From: Eledone cirrhosa | Lineage: Eukaryota | NCBI GenBank assembly: GCA_964016885.1 | Contig: OZ024745.1 | Span: forward strand, 41,168,001 to 41,232,000 | DNA: 64,000 nt | Direction of reading: 5' to 3' | Part shown: positions 13,900-30,289 of the stretch, one piece after another | How positions within the stretch are numbered: position 1 is the first letter of the stretch | How the letters are laid out: every line of letters starts with the position of its first letter | Program-made: the position numbers and the translations under genes | The notes under the pieces: generated by a model | What the model was told of the DNA's origin: nothing | The model's database searches: none | What the model saw: only the letters and a program-made list of their open reading frames with translations

Positions 13900-16346
13900 C
13901 ACAGGCACATAAAAACACCTCTACAGGCAGAAAATGCAGATAGGTAAGCGTTACTCACATAACCATAGTGCCCGTATTTCAGGTTGAGGAGGGGTGGGGT
14001 GGGGTTGGAGTAGGTAGTGGGGCTAAAAGGGGGAAGTCGTTTTTACCCATCGGGCATTAACACTGGCTTAAGGGATTTGAAAGTTGCAAAGTTCTTGTGC
14101 ATGTAGTTCGGGAAGTGTTCAGAGAGTTTTGTTCAGTAGCGGGCCCTTAGCGAATACAATTTCATAGCTCTCTGAGATATAAAGGTCGCAGCCCTTGTGT
14201 CCTCCATTGTAAGAACGCGCTTCTGGAGTATTTTCCATTTAAGCGTGAAGGGGTGGAGTTCCTTTTGAGGTCCCAAACATAGGAGGCGTGTGTTGTCTGG
14301 TTTGATTTGTCCGGCCTTCTGAAGGAGTGGGTATGGGCATACCAACGGGTCGTAAAGTTATTGGAAGTCATGCCGATGTAAGTCCTTTTGTTATTGCAAT
14401 CATCGGTGCCTAAGATGACATCGCATTTGTATACGATATCATTTGTCAGGCATTTGTTCTCAAGTGGGCAGGCTTCCTTATTTAGGCAATTACACAAGGC
14501 CCCAGTTCGGGGATTGGGTTCGGAGGTGGTTGGCTTATTTAATTTTTTAGAATTGTGGTTGGCTATATTCCTAGCTAGGTTAGGTGTGGTGGAGTAAGAG
14601 AGTCTTATTGTGTTCTTATTAAAGATGGTGTAGTACCTATGTTGTATGGGGAAAGTGTGTTTTCAGCAAACTGAAGAAAATCCTAGCTATCAGTGTAGAG
14701 ACTGCTCTATAGAAGGGAGGGTTGTACCAGCTAATCTGCCTATGCCTATTCCTCCTCTGCAATCTTGTGGTGGTTTCTAGGTAGGTTATCTTTTCTTTAA
14801 ATCCGCTGCGGGCGAGGTCGTCATTGTCGTAGGAGGCAGAGGCGTTAAAAATATCTCGTTGGCAGAGAGGCCAGAGATTCTAATAGAGACGCTTTTTACT
14901 AATTATCAGTGATGTTTTTGGGGTGGTTAGAATTAACATTAATATATCTAAGGGATTCGTTAGGTTTGTGGTACGGGTAATAGAGGGAAGTATCTAGGTC
15001 GAGAGTGACATCTAAGAAGTTGGCCCTAGTTATATTAGATTCAATAGTTATACTAAGTCCTAGATTAAAGAAGAACGAGCTTAAGTTTCTCCGAAACCCA
15101 TCGGTGGTTCTGGGGTTAACCTTGTGCAGAGCGAAGAGGCCGTCGTCTCGGTATAAACCTCCGGTTAGGCCGGTAAAATGGTTCTTCAGGTGATGTAAAA
15201 TGTACAAGCTCACAAGGTCGCTAATTTCAGCCGAGTCACTCGTTCCCATGCTGACGTCAAATGGAGTCTGAGACTTCTTGTTGATCCAGTAAGATCCATC
15301 GTGGTATTGATAGGTCTTACAGGCGTGGAGGATAACAACTTGCTCTGCATCGGTAATGGTGGTAAAATTCCTGGCAAAGGTAATTGCGTCCTTCAGGAGG
15401 GGCTCCGAGATAGAAGCATAGTAGTTTTCTATGTCGAGTTGCAGTAAGCAAGTGTGGCGTTTGTCGGGTAATTCTTGGAACCAGGATATTGCCTCAGATG
15501 TTCTGCTCCAGAGTGGGAGTGGTGAGGCGACCCGCAATGACGGTAGACGCTATCTAGGATCTTCTTACTGATAGAGCCGATGTCTGAACGAGTGGGGTTG
15601 ATAAGTCTGACTGATGGTTTGTTGAGGAAGTTTCCCTTATGGTCCTTCAGGGTAAAGTGCGGCGTCTTTATCCTTAAAGGTTCGGTTCGGTCATATAATT
15701 TAAGGGACTTGGCGATTTCTTTTCCGGCCGCATTTGTCTCAGTCAATGCCATCTCTATTACCTTTTTGTAGGTGGTCGTGATGGCATTTTTTGCCAGCTT
15801 ATTGTAGGTCTGGGGTTTACCTCATAAACGTTTTTGGTTTTATCGGAGGAGACATGGAGATTAGGGGATTTTTTTATATTCCGCAATTCAGTATTTAAGT
15901 ATGCCTGGAATGGTGTGGTGGCTCTACGGAATTTGATATATTTGATCATCTTGAAGAGGTCTTCTTCAAATGGTTCAAGTAGGCTGTTGGTGGGTGGTGC
16001 CTTATTCGTTTTGAAGCCGAACTTCTCATCGTTGGTAGATGCTACATCAGGGTTGTCGAGGATGACGGCTCTCCATCTAATACGCTTGATGAACTCGTCG
16101 GTACGTCTGATGGGTGTTTTTAGGTATAGTTTCCTTGGAGGGATGGGGATGTTCTTCATGGAGACATCAAGGTCGAGTTTGGTCAGCATAGTTTCTTGAT
16201 GATGGTTATAAGGGGCACAGAGAGTGCTAAAAGGTACGTTATTCCGGGTTGAATCGGAGGTAACCACAGTAAGTAAGGTACTCAATACAAAGCAGAGTAT
16301 AAAAGTGTTAATATAGATGAGATTATACAGGACTAGAACTGTTTCA
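13900..16346 (-). mobile_element. Penelope-like retroelement (RT + C-terminal GIY-YIG), near full length, frameshifted; probably Naiad-type
   Basis: SMKNIPIP, SDKTKNVY, TLKDHK, LDIENYY, FDVSMG..DSAEI, GLYRDDGL, NFLDVTL, NSNHP, WYNPPF and CNC..KEACPL..IVY..TYIG motifs. Family G pLTR at the 5' end. Clade assignment is from remembered motif style only. Confidence 0.85.
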
Positions 16347-16796
16347 GATGTTGTGATACAGTTCTCAAAACTGTCTAGTTGTTACCAGGCGTTTGCCCGA
16401 TATAGGTCTGTTATTTTTCTTAATTTACTACTTAAAATTAAGTCTGACAAACCATATTGCTGTAGTTAATATTTGTTCACCCTAGCTAACCTAGTCCTTA
16501 CGATTCGAACACATGTATGTTTATATTAGTGTTCATCTCTCTTGTTTATTCAATTATATATATATATAAGTTATCCTGGGTTCAATCGGGGGTTACCACA
16601 GTTAGAGTAAGTAAGGTACTCAATACAGTGCAGAGTAACATATAAATATATTTATATATATATTTCTTCCTAATAATCGTCTCTTTCTCCCTGTTTTCAT
16701 ATATATATATATATATATATAAGTATATACATTATGAAGAGAGAAGAAACATTTAGATATAATTAGTAATAAAATGTATCATACCTAAACTACTCC

Positions 16797-17464
<668 letters not shown>

Positions 17465-18369
17465 AGCGTGAACCTAATAAACCTTTATTTGTCTGCCTCT
17501 CTATTTTGTTCCCGTCCAAATTTGCACTACACATATATATATAAATATATATATATATATAAAAGTATTCGCAGATTGACACTCACACGCACGTATACAT
17601 ACATATACATAGACACAGACACAAATATTCGAGCACACATTCATACATACATACATACATACAAACATACACACATACATACATACATACATACATACAT
17701 ACATACATACATACATACATACATACATACATACATACATACATACATACATACGTACGTACGTATGTACGTATGTACATATAAATATATGTATAACTAT
17801 ATGATAATGAGTGTTGGCGTCGTTACAATAAGTTGCGAACAAAACTAGGAAGGGACAACATCCAGCTGTTTCCTTCCGGAATTCCAGTTCGGAATTCAGA
17901 ATAACCATAATATACAATTATTGTTCCAATACTGATGTGTGAAAGCATTTTTGTCGCTATATAATTATTTGTTTGCGTTTCTTTGTTTGTTTTTTTTTGT
18001 TTTTTTTTTTTGTTTTTTTTTTGTATTTTTCACTTCGTCTGTATGTGCCATATAGAAATTATATTTGTAGGTGTGTGTGGAAGGTTATGTCTGTGTGAGG
18101 GGTGACCATTCGTGCATACGTCAGAGTAACTGTGACTGCGTTGGTGTGATTCAGTGTATGTGTGTACGGGAGAGAGAGAGAGAGAGCAAGAGAGAGTGTG
18201 AGAGTGAGAAAGAAAGAAGAGAGAGAGAGAGAGACTGTGAGTGTGTGCGCGTGTTTGTCCGTGTGTTGTTCTGTTGTTCTGTATATAAGTATGTATGTAT
18301 GTTTGTGCGTGTGACAAAGAGGGCGACATAATCTCTGTTCTTGCCTGTATATATATAAGATATTTAGTA

Positions 18370-18858
18370 TATGTGTGTGTTCGTATATGTGTGTGGTCGT
18401 ATATGTGTGTGGTCGTATAGGTTTGTGGTCGTATACGTGTGTGTTCGTATATGTGTGTGTTCGTATATGTGTGTGTTCGTATATGTGTGTGGTCGTATAA
18501 GTGTGTGTTCGTATATGTGTGTGTTCGTATACGTGTGTGTTCGTATATGTGTGTGTTCGTATATGTGAGTATTCGTATACGTGTGTGTTCGTATATGTGT
18601 ATGCTCGTATGTGTGTGGTAGTATACGTGTGTGGTCGTATATGTGTGTGGTCGTATACGTGTGTGTTCGTATATGTGTGTGTTCGTATATGTGTGTGTTC
18701 GTATATGTGTGTGTTCGTATATGTGTGTGTTCGTATATGTGTGTGGTCGTATACGTGTGTGGTCGTATATGTGTGTGGTCGTATACGTGTGTGGTCGTAT
18801 ATGTGTGTGTTCGTATATGTGTGTGTTTGTATACGTGTGTGTTCGTATATGTGTGTGT
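18370..18858. repeat. 16-bp minisatellite (TCGTATATGTGTGTGK)n
   Basis: Direct reading. Confidence 0.9.
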
Positions 18859-19199
18859 TTTCAGAACGGCTGTTCCTGTGTGTGTGTATATATTCGTGTG
18901 TATATGTATATATTAATGTATCAGAGAAAATATTACCATGTGTGTGTGTGTGTTTGCCTCTGCGTATATTTGTGTAAGAGAGAAGCGGTGTTCGTGTGTT
19001 TGTGTGTGTATGTGTGCATGTGCGTATGTATGTGTATGTATCTGTGTGTGTGTGGGGGGTGTGTTTACCTGTGTGTGACTGTGTTGTGTGTGTGTGTGTG
19101 TGTGTGAAACGCACGCGTTTAATAGACTGTATTGGCATATGTAGTTTTCATTATGTGTACGTGTATTTGGACATATGCGTATAAAACTATGTCCGTGTA

Positions 19200-22100
19200 T
19201 GTGTGTATATGTCTATATGTCTATATGTCTATGTGTCTATATGTCTATATATCTATATGTCTATATGTCTATGTGTCTATATGTCTATATGTCTATATGT
19301 CTATATGTCTATATATCTATGTGTCTATATATCTATATGTCTATATGTCTATATGTCTATAGGTCTATATGTCTATATGTCTATATGTCTATATGTCTAT
19401 ATGTCTATGTGCCTTATGTCTATATGTCTATGTGGCTATATGTCTATATGTCTATATGTCTGTGTCTATATGTCTATATGTCTATATGTCTATGTGTCTA
19501 TATGTCTATATGTCTATATGTCTATATGTCTATATGTCTATATGTCTATGTGTCTATATGTCTATATGTCTATATGTCTATATGTCTATTGGTGTATGTG
19601 TCTATATGTCTATATGTCTATGTCTGTATATGTCTATATGTCTATGTGTCTATATGTCTATATGTCTATATGTCTATATGTCTATTGGTGTATGTGTCTA
19701 TATTTCTATATGTCTATGTGTCTATATGTCTATATGTCTATATGTCTGTGTGTCTATGTGTCTATATGTCTATGTGTCTATATGTCTATGTGTCTATATG
19801 TCTATATGTCTATATGTCTATATGTCTATGTGTCTATATGTCTATATGTCTATATATCTATATGTCTATATGTCTATATGTCTATTGGTGTATGTGTCAA
19901 TATGTCTATATGTCTATGTGTCTATATGTCTATATGTCTATATGTCTATGTGTCTATATGTCTATGTGTCTATATGTCTACATGTCTGTGTCTATATGTC
20001 TATGTGTCTATATGTCTATGTGTCTATATGTCTATGTGTCTATATGTCTATATGTCTATAGGTCTATAGGTCTATAGGTCTATATGTCTATAGGTCTATA
20101 TGTCTATATGTCTATATGTCTATGTCTATAGGTCTATATGTCTATATGTCTATATGTCTATATATCTATATGTCTATATGTCCATGTGTCTATATGTCTA
20201 TATGTCTATATATCTATATGTCTATATGTCTATAGGTCTATAGGTCGATATGTCTATATGTCTATAGGTCTATATGTCTATATGTCTATATGTATATGTG
20301 CCTTATGTCTATATGTCTATATGTCTATATGTCTAAATGTCTATGTGTCTATATGTCTATATGTCTATATCTCTATATGTCTATGTGTCTATATATCTAT
20401 ATGTATATATGTCTATATGTCTATTGGTGTATGTGTCTATATGTCTATATGTCTATGTCTGTATATGTCTATATGTCTATATGTCTATATGTCTATGTCT
20501 ATAGGTCTATATGTCTATATGTCTATGTGTGTATATGTGTATATGTGTATGTGTGTATATGTCTATATGTCTATATGTCTACGTGTCTATGTGTCTATGT
20601 GTCTATATGTCTATATGTCTATATGTCTATGTGTCTATATGTCTATATATCTATGTGTCTACATGTATATATGTCTATGTGTCTATATGTCTATATGTCT
20701 ATATGTCTATATATCTATGTGTCTATATGTCTATATGTCTATATGTCTATATGTCTATGTGTCTATATGTCTATATGTCTATGTGTCTATATGTCTATAT
20801 GTCTATATATCTATATGTCTATATGTCTATGTGTCTATATGTCTATATGTCTATATGTCTATATGTCTATGTGTCTATATGTCTATATGTCTATATGTCT
20901 ATTGGTGTATGTGTCTATATGTCTATATGTCTATGTCTGTATATGTCTATATGTCTATGTGTCTATATGTCTATATGTCTATATGTCTATATGTCTATGT
21001 GTCTATATGTCTATATGTCTATATATCTATATATCTATATGTCTATATGTCTATGTGTCTATATGTCTATATGTCTATATGTCTATATGTCTATATGTCT
21101 ATGTGTCTATATGTCTATGTGTCTATATGTCTATGTGTCTATATGTCTATATGTCTATATGTCTATATGTCTATATGTCTATGTGCCTTATGTCTATATG
21201 TCTTTGTGGCTATATGTCTATATGTCTATATGTCTGTGTCTATATGTCTATATGTCTATATGTCTATGTGTCTATATGTCTATATGTCTATATGTCTATA
21301 TGTCTATTGGTGTATGTGTCTATATGTCTATATGTCTATGTCTGTATATGTCTATATGTCTATGTGTCTATATGTCTATATGTCTATATGTCTATATGTC
21401 TATTGGTGTATGTGTCTATATTTCTATATGTCTATGTGTCTATATGTCTATATGTCTATATGTCTGTGTGTCTATGTGTCTATATGTCTATATGTCTATA
21501 TGTCTATGTGTCTATATGTCTATATGTCTATATATCTATATGTCTATGTGTCTATATGTCTATGTGTCTATATGTCTATGTGTCTATATGTCTATATGTC
21601 TATATGTCTATATGTCTATGTGTCTATATGTCTATATGTCTATATATCTATATATCTATATGTCTATATGTCTAATGGCGTATGTGTCAATATGTCTATA
21701 TGTCTATGTGTCTATATGTCTATATGTCTATATGTCTATGTGTCTATATGTCTATGTGTCTATATGTCTACATGTCTATGTGTCTATATGTCTATGTGTC
21801 TATATGTCTATGTGTCTATATGTCTATGTGTCTATATGTCTATATGTCTATATGTCTACATGTCTATGTGTCTATATGTCTATGTGTCTATATGTCTATG
21901 TGTCTATATGTCTATGTGTCTATATGTCTATATGTCTATATGTCTATGTGTCTATATGTCTATATGTCTATATGTCTATATGTCTATATGTCTATATGTC
22001 TATAGGTCTATAGGTCTATATGTCTATAGGTCTATATGTCTATATGTCTATATGTCTATGTCTATAGGTCTATATGTCTATATGTCTATATGTCTATATA

Positions 22101-25100
22101 TCTATATGTCTATATGTCCATGTGTCTATATGTCTATATGTCTATATATCTATATGTCTATATGTCTATATGTCTATATGTCTATAGGTCTATAGGTCTA
22201 TATGTCTATATGTCTATAGGTCTATATGTCTATATGTCTATATGTCTATATGTCTATGTGCCTTATATCTATATGTCTATATGTCTATATGTCTATATGT
22301 CTATGTGTCTATATGTCTATATGTCTATATCTCTATATGTCTATGTGTCTATATATCTATATGTATATATGTCTATATGTCTATTGGTGTATGTGTCTAT
22401 ATGTCTATATGTCTATGTCTGTATATGTCTATATGTCTATATGTCTATATGTCTATGTCTATAGGTCTATATGTCTATATGTCTATGTGTGTATATGTGT
22501 ATATGTGTATGTGTGTATATGTCTATATATCTATATGACTATGTGTCTATGTGTCTATGTGTCTATGTGTCTATATGTCTATATATCTATATGTCTATAT
22601 GTCTATGTGTCTATATGTCTATATGTCTATATGTCTATATGTCTATATATCTATGTGTCTATATATCTATATGTCTATATGTCTATATGTCTATAGGTCT
22701 ATATGTCTATATGTCTATATGTCTATATGTCTATATGTCTATGTGCCTTATGTCTATATGTCTATGTGGCTATATGTCTATATGTCTATATGTCTGTGTC
22801 TATATGTCTATATGTCTATATGTCTATGTGTCGATATGTCTATATGTCTATATGTCTATATGTCTATATGTCTATATGTCTATGTGTCTATATGTCTATA
22901 TGTCTATATGTCTATATGTCTATTGGTGTATGTGTCTATATGTCTATATGTCTATGTCTGTATATGTCTATATGTCTATGTGTCTATATGTCTATATGTC
23001 TATATGTCTATATGTCTATTGGTGTATGTGTCTTTATTTCTATATGTCTATGTGTCTATATGTCTATATGTCTATATGTCTGTGTGTCTATGTGTCTATA
23101 TGTCTATGTGTCTATATGTCTATGTGTCTATATGTCTATATGTCTATATGTCTATATGTCTATGTGTCTATATGTCTATATGTCTATATATCTATATGTC
23201 TATATGTCTATATGTCTATTGGTGTATGTGTCAATATGTCTATATGTCTATGTGTCTATATGTCTATATGTCTATATGTCTATGTGTCTATATGTCTATG
23301 TGTCTATATGTCTACATGTCTATGTGTCTATATGTCTATGTGTCTATATGTCTATGTGTCTATATGTCTATGTGTCTATATGTCTATATGTCTATATGTC
23401 TACATGTCTATGTGTCTATATGTCTATGTGTCTATATGTCTATGTGTCTATATGTCTATATGTCTATAGGTCTATAGGTCTATATGTCTATAGGTCTATA
23501 TGTCTATATGTCTATATGTCTATGTCTATAGGTCTATATGTCTATATGTCTATATGTCTATATATCTATATGTCTATATGTCCATGTGTCTATATGTCTA
23601 TATGTCTATATATCTATATGTCTATATGTCTATATGTCTATATGTCTATAGGTCTATAGGTCGATATGTCTATATGTCTATAGGTCTATATGTCTATATG
23701 TCTATATGTCTATATGTCTATGTGCCTTATGTCTATATGTCTATATGTCTATATGTCTATATGTCTATGTGTCTATATGTCTATATGTCTATATCTCTAT
23801 ATGTCTATGTGTCTATATATCTATATGTATATATGTCTATATGTCTATTGGTGTATGTGTCTATATGTCTATATGTCTATGTCTGTATATGTCTATATGT
23901 CTATATGTCTATATGTCTATGTCTATAGGTCTATATGTCTATATGTCTATGTGTGTATATGTGTATATGTGTATGTGTGTATATGTCTATATGTCTATAT
24001 GTCTATGTGTCTATGTGTCTATGTGTCTATATGTCTATATGTCTATATGTCTATGTGTCTATATGTCTATATATCTATGTGTCTATATGTATGTATGTCT
24101 ATGTGTCTATATGTCTATATGTCTATATGTCTATATATTCTATGTGTCTATATGTCTATATGTCTATATGTCTATATGTCTATGTGTCTATATGTCTATA
24201 TGTCTATGTGTCTATATGTCTATATGTCTATATATCTATATGTCTATATGTCTATGTGTATATATGTCTATATGTCTATATGTCTATATGTCTATATGTA
24301 TATGTGTCTATATGTCTATATGTCTATATGTCTATTGGTGTATGTGTCTATATGTCTATATGTCAATGTCTGTATATGTCTATATGTCTATGTGTCTATA
24401 TGTCTATATGTCTATATGTCTATATGTCTATGTGTCTATATGTCTATATGTCTATATATCTATATATCTATATGTCTATATGTCTATGTGTCTATATGTC
24501 TATATGTCTATATGTCTATATGTCTATATGTCTATGTGTCTATATGTCTATGTGTCTATATGTCTATGTGTCTATATGTCTATATGTCTATATGTCTATA
24601 TGTCTATATGTCTATGTGTCTTATGTCTATATGTCTTTGTGGCTATATGTCTATATGTCTATATGTCTGTGTCTATATGTCTATATGTCTATATGTCTAT
24701 GTGTCTATATGTCTATATGTCTATATGTCTATATGTCTATATGTCTATATGTCTATGTGTCTATATGTCTATATGTCTATATGTCTATATGTCTATTGGT
24801 GTATGTGTCTATATGTCTATATGTCTATGTCTGTATATGTCTATATGTCTATGTGTCTATATGTCTATATGTCTATATGTCTATATGTCTATTGGTGTAT
24901 GTGTCTATATTTCTATATGTCTATGTGTCTATATGTCTATATGTCTATATGTCTGTGTGTCTATGTGTCTATATGTCTATATGTCTATATGTCTATGTGT
25001 CTATATGTCTATATGTCTATATATCTATATGTCTATGTGTCTATATGTCTATGTGTCTATATGTCTATGTGTCTATATGTCTATATGTCTATATGTCTAT

Positions 25101-27575
25101 ATGTCTATGTGTCTATATGTCTATATGTCTATATATCTATATATCTATATGTCTATATGTCTAATGGTGTATGTGTCAATATGTCTATATGTCTATGTGT
25201 CTATATGTCTATATGTCTATATGTCTATGTGTCTATATGTCTATGTGTCTATATGTCTACATGTCTATGTGTCTATATGTCTATGTGTCTATATGTCTAT
25301 GTGTCTGTATGTCTATGTGTCTATATGTCTATATGTCTATATGTCTACATGTCTATGTGTCTATATGTCTATGTGTCTATATGTCTGTCTATATGTCTAT
25401 GTGTCTATATGTCTATATGTCTATATGTCTATATGTCTATATGTCTATATGTCTATAGGTCTATAGGTCTATATGTCTATAGGTCTATATGTCTATATGT
25501 CTATATGTCTATGTCTATAGGTCTATATGTCTATATGTCTATATGTCTATATATCTATATGTCTATATGTCCATGTGTCTATATGTCTATATGTCTATAT
25601 ATCTATATGTCTATATGTCTATAGGTCTATAGGTCTATATGTCTATATGTCTATAGGTCTATATGTCTATATGTCTATATGTCTATATGTCTATGTGCCT
25701 TATGTCTATATGTCTATATGTCTATATGTCTATATGTCTATGTGTCTATATGTCTATATGTCTATATGTCTATATGTCTATATGTCTATATGTCTATGTG
25801 TCTATATGTCTATATGTCTATATGTCTATATGTCTATTGGTGTATGTGTCTATATGTCTATATGTCTATGTCTGTATATGTCTATATGTCTATGTGTCTA
25901 TATGTCTATATGTCTATATGTCTATATGTCTATTGGTGTATGTGTCTTTATTTCTATATGTCTATGTGTCTATATGTCTATATGTCTATATGTCTGTGTG
26001 TCTATGTGTCTATATGTCTATGTGTCTATATGTCTATGTGTCTATATGTCTATATGTCTATATGTCTATATGTCTATGTGTCTATATGTCTATATGTCTA
26101 TATATCTATATGTATATATGTCTATATGTCTATTGGTGTATGTGTCTATATGTCTATATGTCTATGTCTGTATATGTCTATATGTCTATATGTCTATATG
26201 TCTATGTCTATAGGTCTATATGTCTATATGTCTATGTGTGTATATGTGTATATGTGTATGTGTGTATATGTCTATATGTCTATATGTCTATGTGTCTATG
26301 TGTCTATGTGTCTATATGTCTATATGTCTATATGTCTATGTGTCTATATGTCTATATATCAATGTATCTATATGTATATATGTCTATGTGTCTATATGTC
26401 TATATGTCTATATGTCTATATATCTATGTGTCTATATGTCTATATGTCTATATGTCTATATGTCTATGTGTCTATATGTCTATATGTCTATGTGTCTATA
26501 TGTCTATATGTCTATATATCTATATGTCTATATGTCTATGTGTCTATATGTCTATATGTCTATATGTCTATATGTCTATGTGTCTATATGTCTATATGTC
26601 TATATGTCTATATGTCTATTGGTGTATGTGTCTATATGTCTATATGTCTATGTCTGTATATGTCTATATGTCTATGTGTCTATATGTCTATATGTCTATA
26701 TGTCTATATGTCTCTGTGTCTATATGTCTATATGTCTATATATCTATATGTCTATATGTCTATGTGTCTATATGTCTATATGTCTATATGTCTATATGTC
26801 TATATGTCTATGTGTCTATATGTCTATGTGTCTATATGTCTATGTGTCTATATGTCTATGTGTCTATATGTCTATATGTCTATATGTCTATATGTCTATA
26901 TGTCTATATGTCTGTGTGTCTATGTGTCTATATGTCTATATTCCTATGTGTCTATATGTCTATGTGTCTATATGTCTATGTGTCTATATGTCTATATGTC
27001 TATGTGTCTATATGTCTATATGTCTATATGTCTATATGTCTGTGTGTCTATGTGTCTATATGTCTATATGTCTATATGTCTATGTGTCTATATGTCTATG
27101 TGTCTATATGTCTATATGTCTATGTGTCTATATGTCTATGTGTCTATATGTCTATATGTCTATATATCTATATGTCTATATGTCTATGTGTCTATATGTC
27201 TATATGTCTATATGTCTATATGTCTATGTGTCTATGTGTCTATAGGTCTATATGTCTATGTGTCTCTATGTCTATATGACTATATGTCTATATGTCTATA
27301 TGTCTATGTGTCTATATGTATATATGTCTATGTGTCTATATGTCTATGTGTCTATATGTCTATATGTCTATGTGTCTATGTGTCTATATGTCTATAGGTG
27401 TATGTGTCTATATGTCTATATATTTATATATGTCTATATGTCTATGTGTCTATATGTCTATATGTCTATATGTCTATATGTCTATAAGTGCGTATGTCTC
27501 TATGTGTCTATGTATATGTCTATGTATCTATGTGTCTATGTATAAATATGTCTATGTATGTATCTGTCTATGTAT
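19200..27575. repeat. About 8.4-kb 8-mer satellite (TCTATATG/TCTATGTG)n with higher-order structure
   Basis: Direct reading; recurring landmark variants. Confidence 0.95.
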
Positions 27576-27589
27576 CTCTTTCTCTTAAT

Positions 27590-28337
27590 TTCGAGTATAT
27601 TTTGTTGACCGGCCACCATCCTGGTGGCAAGGTTGTAAAAGAAAAGAAATTGTCATCTCTTGAATCGCAAGAATGTTTTGCAAATTTTGAAGGTGTCAGC
27701 TATCGCAGCCATTTGTAGACTATGAATTAGGGAGCTGCGCTTTTTGTCCGCAAATCCAAGTTCAGTCATACTTTCGTCCAAGCGGGTTGGTATATAACCC
27801 GTAGCTCCAATAATGATGGGTATGAAGCTAAAGGTGTATCATGGATACTGGATTTGTAAATTCCTCATCAATGGTCCGTAGATGTCCTCCTTCTGCTGTA
27901 TTTTTCTGACAACGTTTACAACAAGTGGGCAGCTGATCCTCACAACAGAACACGTTTTCAATGTGTGGTCCCAAACAACAATATCAAGCCGGTTGTGCTT
28001 TAATTTGGTGGCAGTTTGTATTTTCAGGTTCCACCAGTATTCCATAGTGCCATCTGTCTCAATATATTCCTCCTCAAGATATTTGGTAGGGAGTTCTTGT
28101 TCCTGAATTGCATAGAGATATCCCTCAAGGTGTGATGTCATAAACTTGTCGGAACTCCATGCCAGGCTTTTGAGTGGTTTATCCCCTCTATGGTCTGTGT
28201 TTTACGCCTCAAGTATCCATGCACAACTTTTTCTGTAAACTGGTCAATTTTTTTATCTTGTTTGAACATTGAATAGGATCTTCCGATTTCTCTGGGTGAG
28301 AGATTTATATCAGGCTTTATTACATATCTCGCCACCA
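27590..28337 (-). mobile_element. R4/Dong-type RLE element 3' fragment, internally deleted
   Basis: HGYLRR, SHLEGYLYAIQEQELPTKY and KHNRLDIVVWD..KTCSVV.ISCP motifs; the CCHC region is missing. Confidence 0.75.
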
Positions 28338-29290
28338 TGTATGTGTCTATGTATGTATGTGTCTATGTATGTATATGTCAATGTGTGTATATGTCTATGT
28401 ATGTGTTTATGTGTGTATGTATGTCTATGTATGTATATGTCTATGTATGTATATGTCTATGTATGTGTCTATGTATGTATATGTCTATGTATGTATATAT
28501 CTATGTATGTATGTGTCTATGTGTATATGTGTATGTATGTATGTATATGTGTGTATGTGTCTATGTATGTATATATCTATGTATGTATGTGTCTATGTGT
28601 GTATGTGTGTATGCGTGTATGTGTGTATGAGTGTATGTGTGTATGTCTGTATGTGTCTATGTGTGTATGTGTGTATGAGTGTATGTGTGTATGTGTGTAT
28701 GTGTCTATGTCTGTATGTGTGTATGTGTGTATGTGTGTATGTGTGTATGTGTGTATGTGTCTATGTGTGTATGTGTGTATGTGTGTTTGTGTCTATGTGT
28801 GTATGTGTGTATGTGTGTATGAGTGTATGTGTGTATGTGTGTATGTGTCTATGTGTGTATGTATGAGTGTATGTGTGTATGTGTGTATGTGTGTATCTGC
28901 CTATGTGTGTATGTGTGTATGTGTCTATGTGTGTATGTGTCTATGTGTGTTTGTGTCTATGTGTGTATGTGTGTATGAGTGTATGTGTGTATGTGTCTAT
29001 GTGTGTATGTGTCTATGTATGTATGTGTCTATGTGTGTATGTGTGTATGAGTGTATGTGTGTATGTGTGTATGTGTGTATGTGTCTATGTATGTATGTGT
29101 CTATGTGTATATGTGTATGTATGTATGTATATGTGTGTATGTGTCTATGTATGTATATATCTATGTATGTATGTGTCTATGTGTGTATGTGTCTATGTGT
29201 GTTTGTGTCTATGTGTGTATGTGTCTATGTGTGTATGTGTGTATGTGTGTATGTGTGTATGTGTGTATGTGTCTATGTGTGTATGTGTAT
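28337..29290. repeat. (TATG/TGTG) compound microsatellite
   Basis: Direct reading. Confidence 0.9.
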
Positions 29291-29739
29291 ATTTCTATTT
29301 TACTACATTTTGTCAGCATCTTTCCTCTTTTTCCTGTTATTCTGTGATTACTAGTTAGTTGTACACAAGGATGATGACGATGGTGATAGTAGGATGATGA
29401 TGATGGTGATAGTAGGATGATGATGATGGTGATAGTAGGATGATGGTGATGATGGTGATAGTAGGATGATGGTGATGATGGTGATAGTAGGATGATGTTG
29501 ATGGTGATAATAGGATGGTGATGATGATGGTGATAATAGGATGATGGTGACGATGGTGATGGCGATAATAGGATGATGACAATTATGATGACTATGCGCA
29601 AGATTATGATGCTGACAATTATTAACATCATCATCAATCATCTTCTTCTTCTACTACTACTACAACTACTTCATCTTCCCCTTCTTCTTCTTCTTCTTCT
29701 TCTTCTTCTTCTTCTTCTATTATCGTCATTATTGGGGGG

Positions 29740-29915
29740 GGGGGGCAGTATCAGTAGTGTCGGACGCCATGTTTTGCAGCATAGAGTTATGGCCCTTTGC
29801 GTTCTGAGTTCAAATCCTCCCGAGGTTAACTTTGCCTTTCATCCTTACGGGGTCTATAAAATAAAGTACCAGTTATGCTCTGGGTGCTTGCTGGCCTTGT
29901 GCCAAAAGTAGAAAC
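29740..29915 (+). mobile_element. tRNA-derived SINE (Meta-domain-like)
   Basis: B-box-like GAGTTCAAATCC followed by AACTTTGCCTTTCATCCTTACGGGGTCTATAAAATAAAGTACC, resembling a known SINE central domain. Confidence 0.65.
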
Positions 29916-30000
29916 AATTATTATTATGAGTAGTAGTAGTAGTAGTAGTAGCAGGAGCAGCAGCAGTAGTAGTAGTAGCAGCAGCAGGAGCAGCAGCAGC

Positions 30001-30032
<32 letters not shown>

Positions 30033-30036
30033 CAGT

Positions 30037-30116
<80 letters not shown>

Positions 30117-30289
30117 TATTAGCAGCAGCAGCAGAGCAGCAGTAGTAGTAGTAGTAGTATTATTATTATTATTAGTAGTAGTAGTAGTAGTAGTAGTAGC
30201 AGTAGCAGCAACCGTAGTGACCGTGGCAGTATGACGATGAAGATGGTGGTGATTATGATGAGGACAATAATTATGATGATGATGATGAA

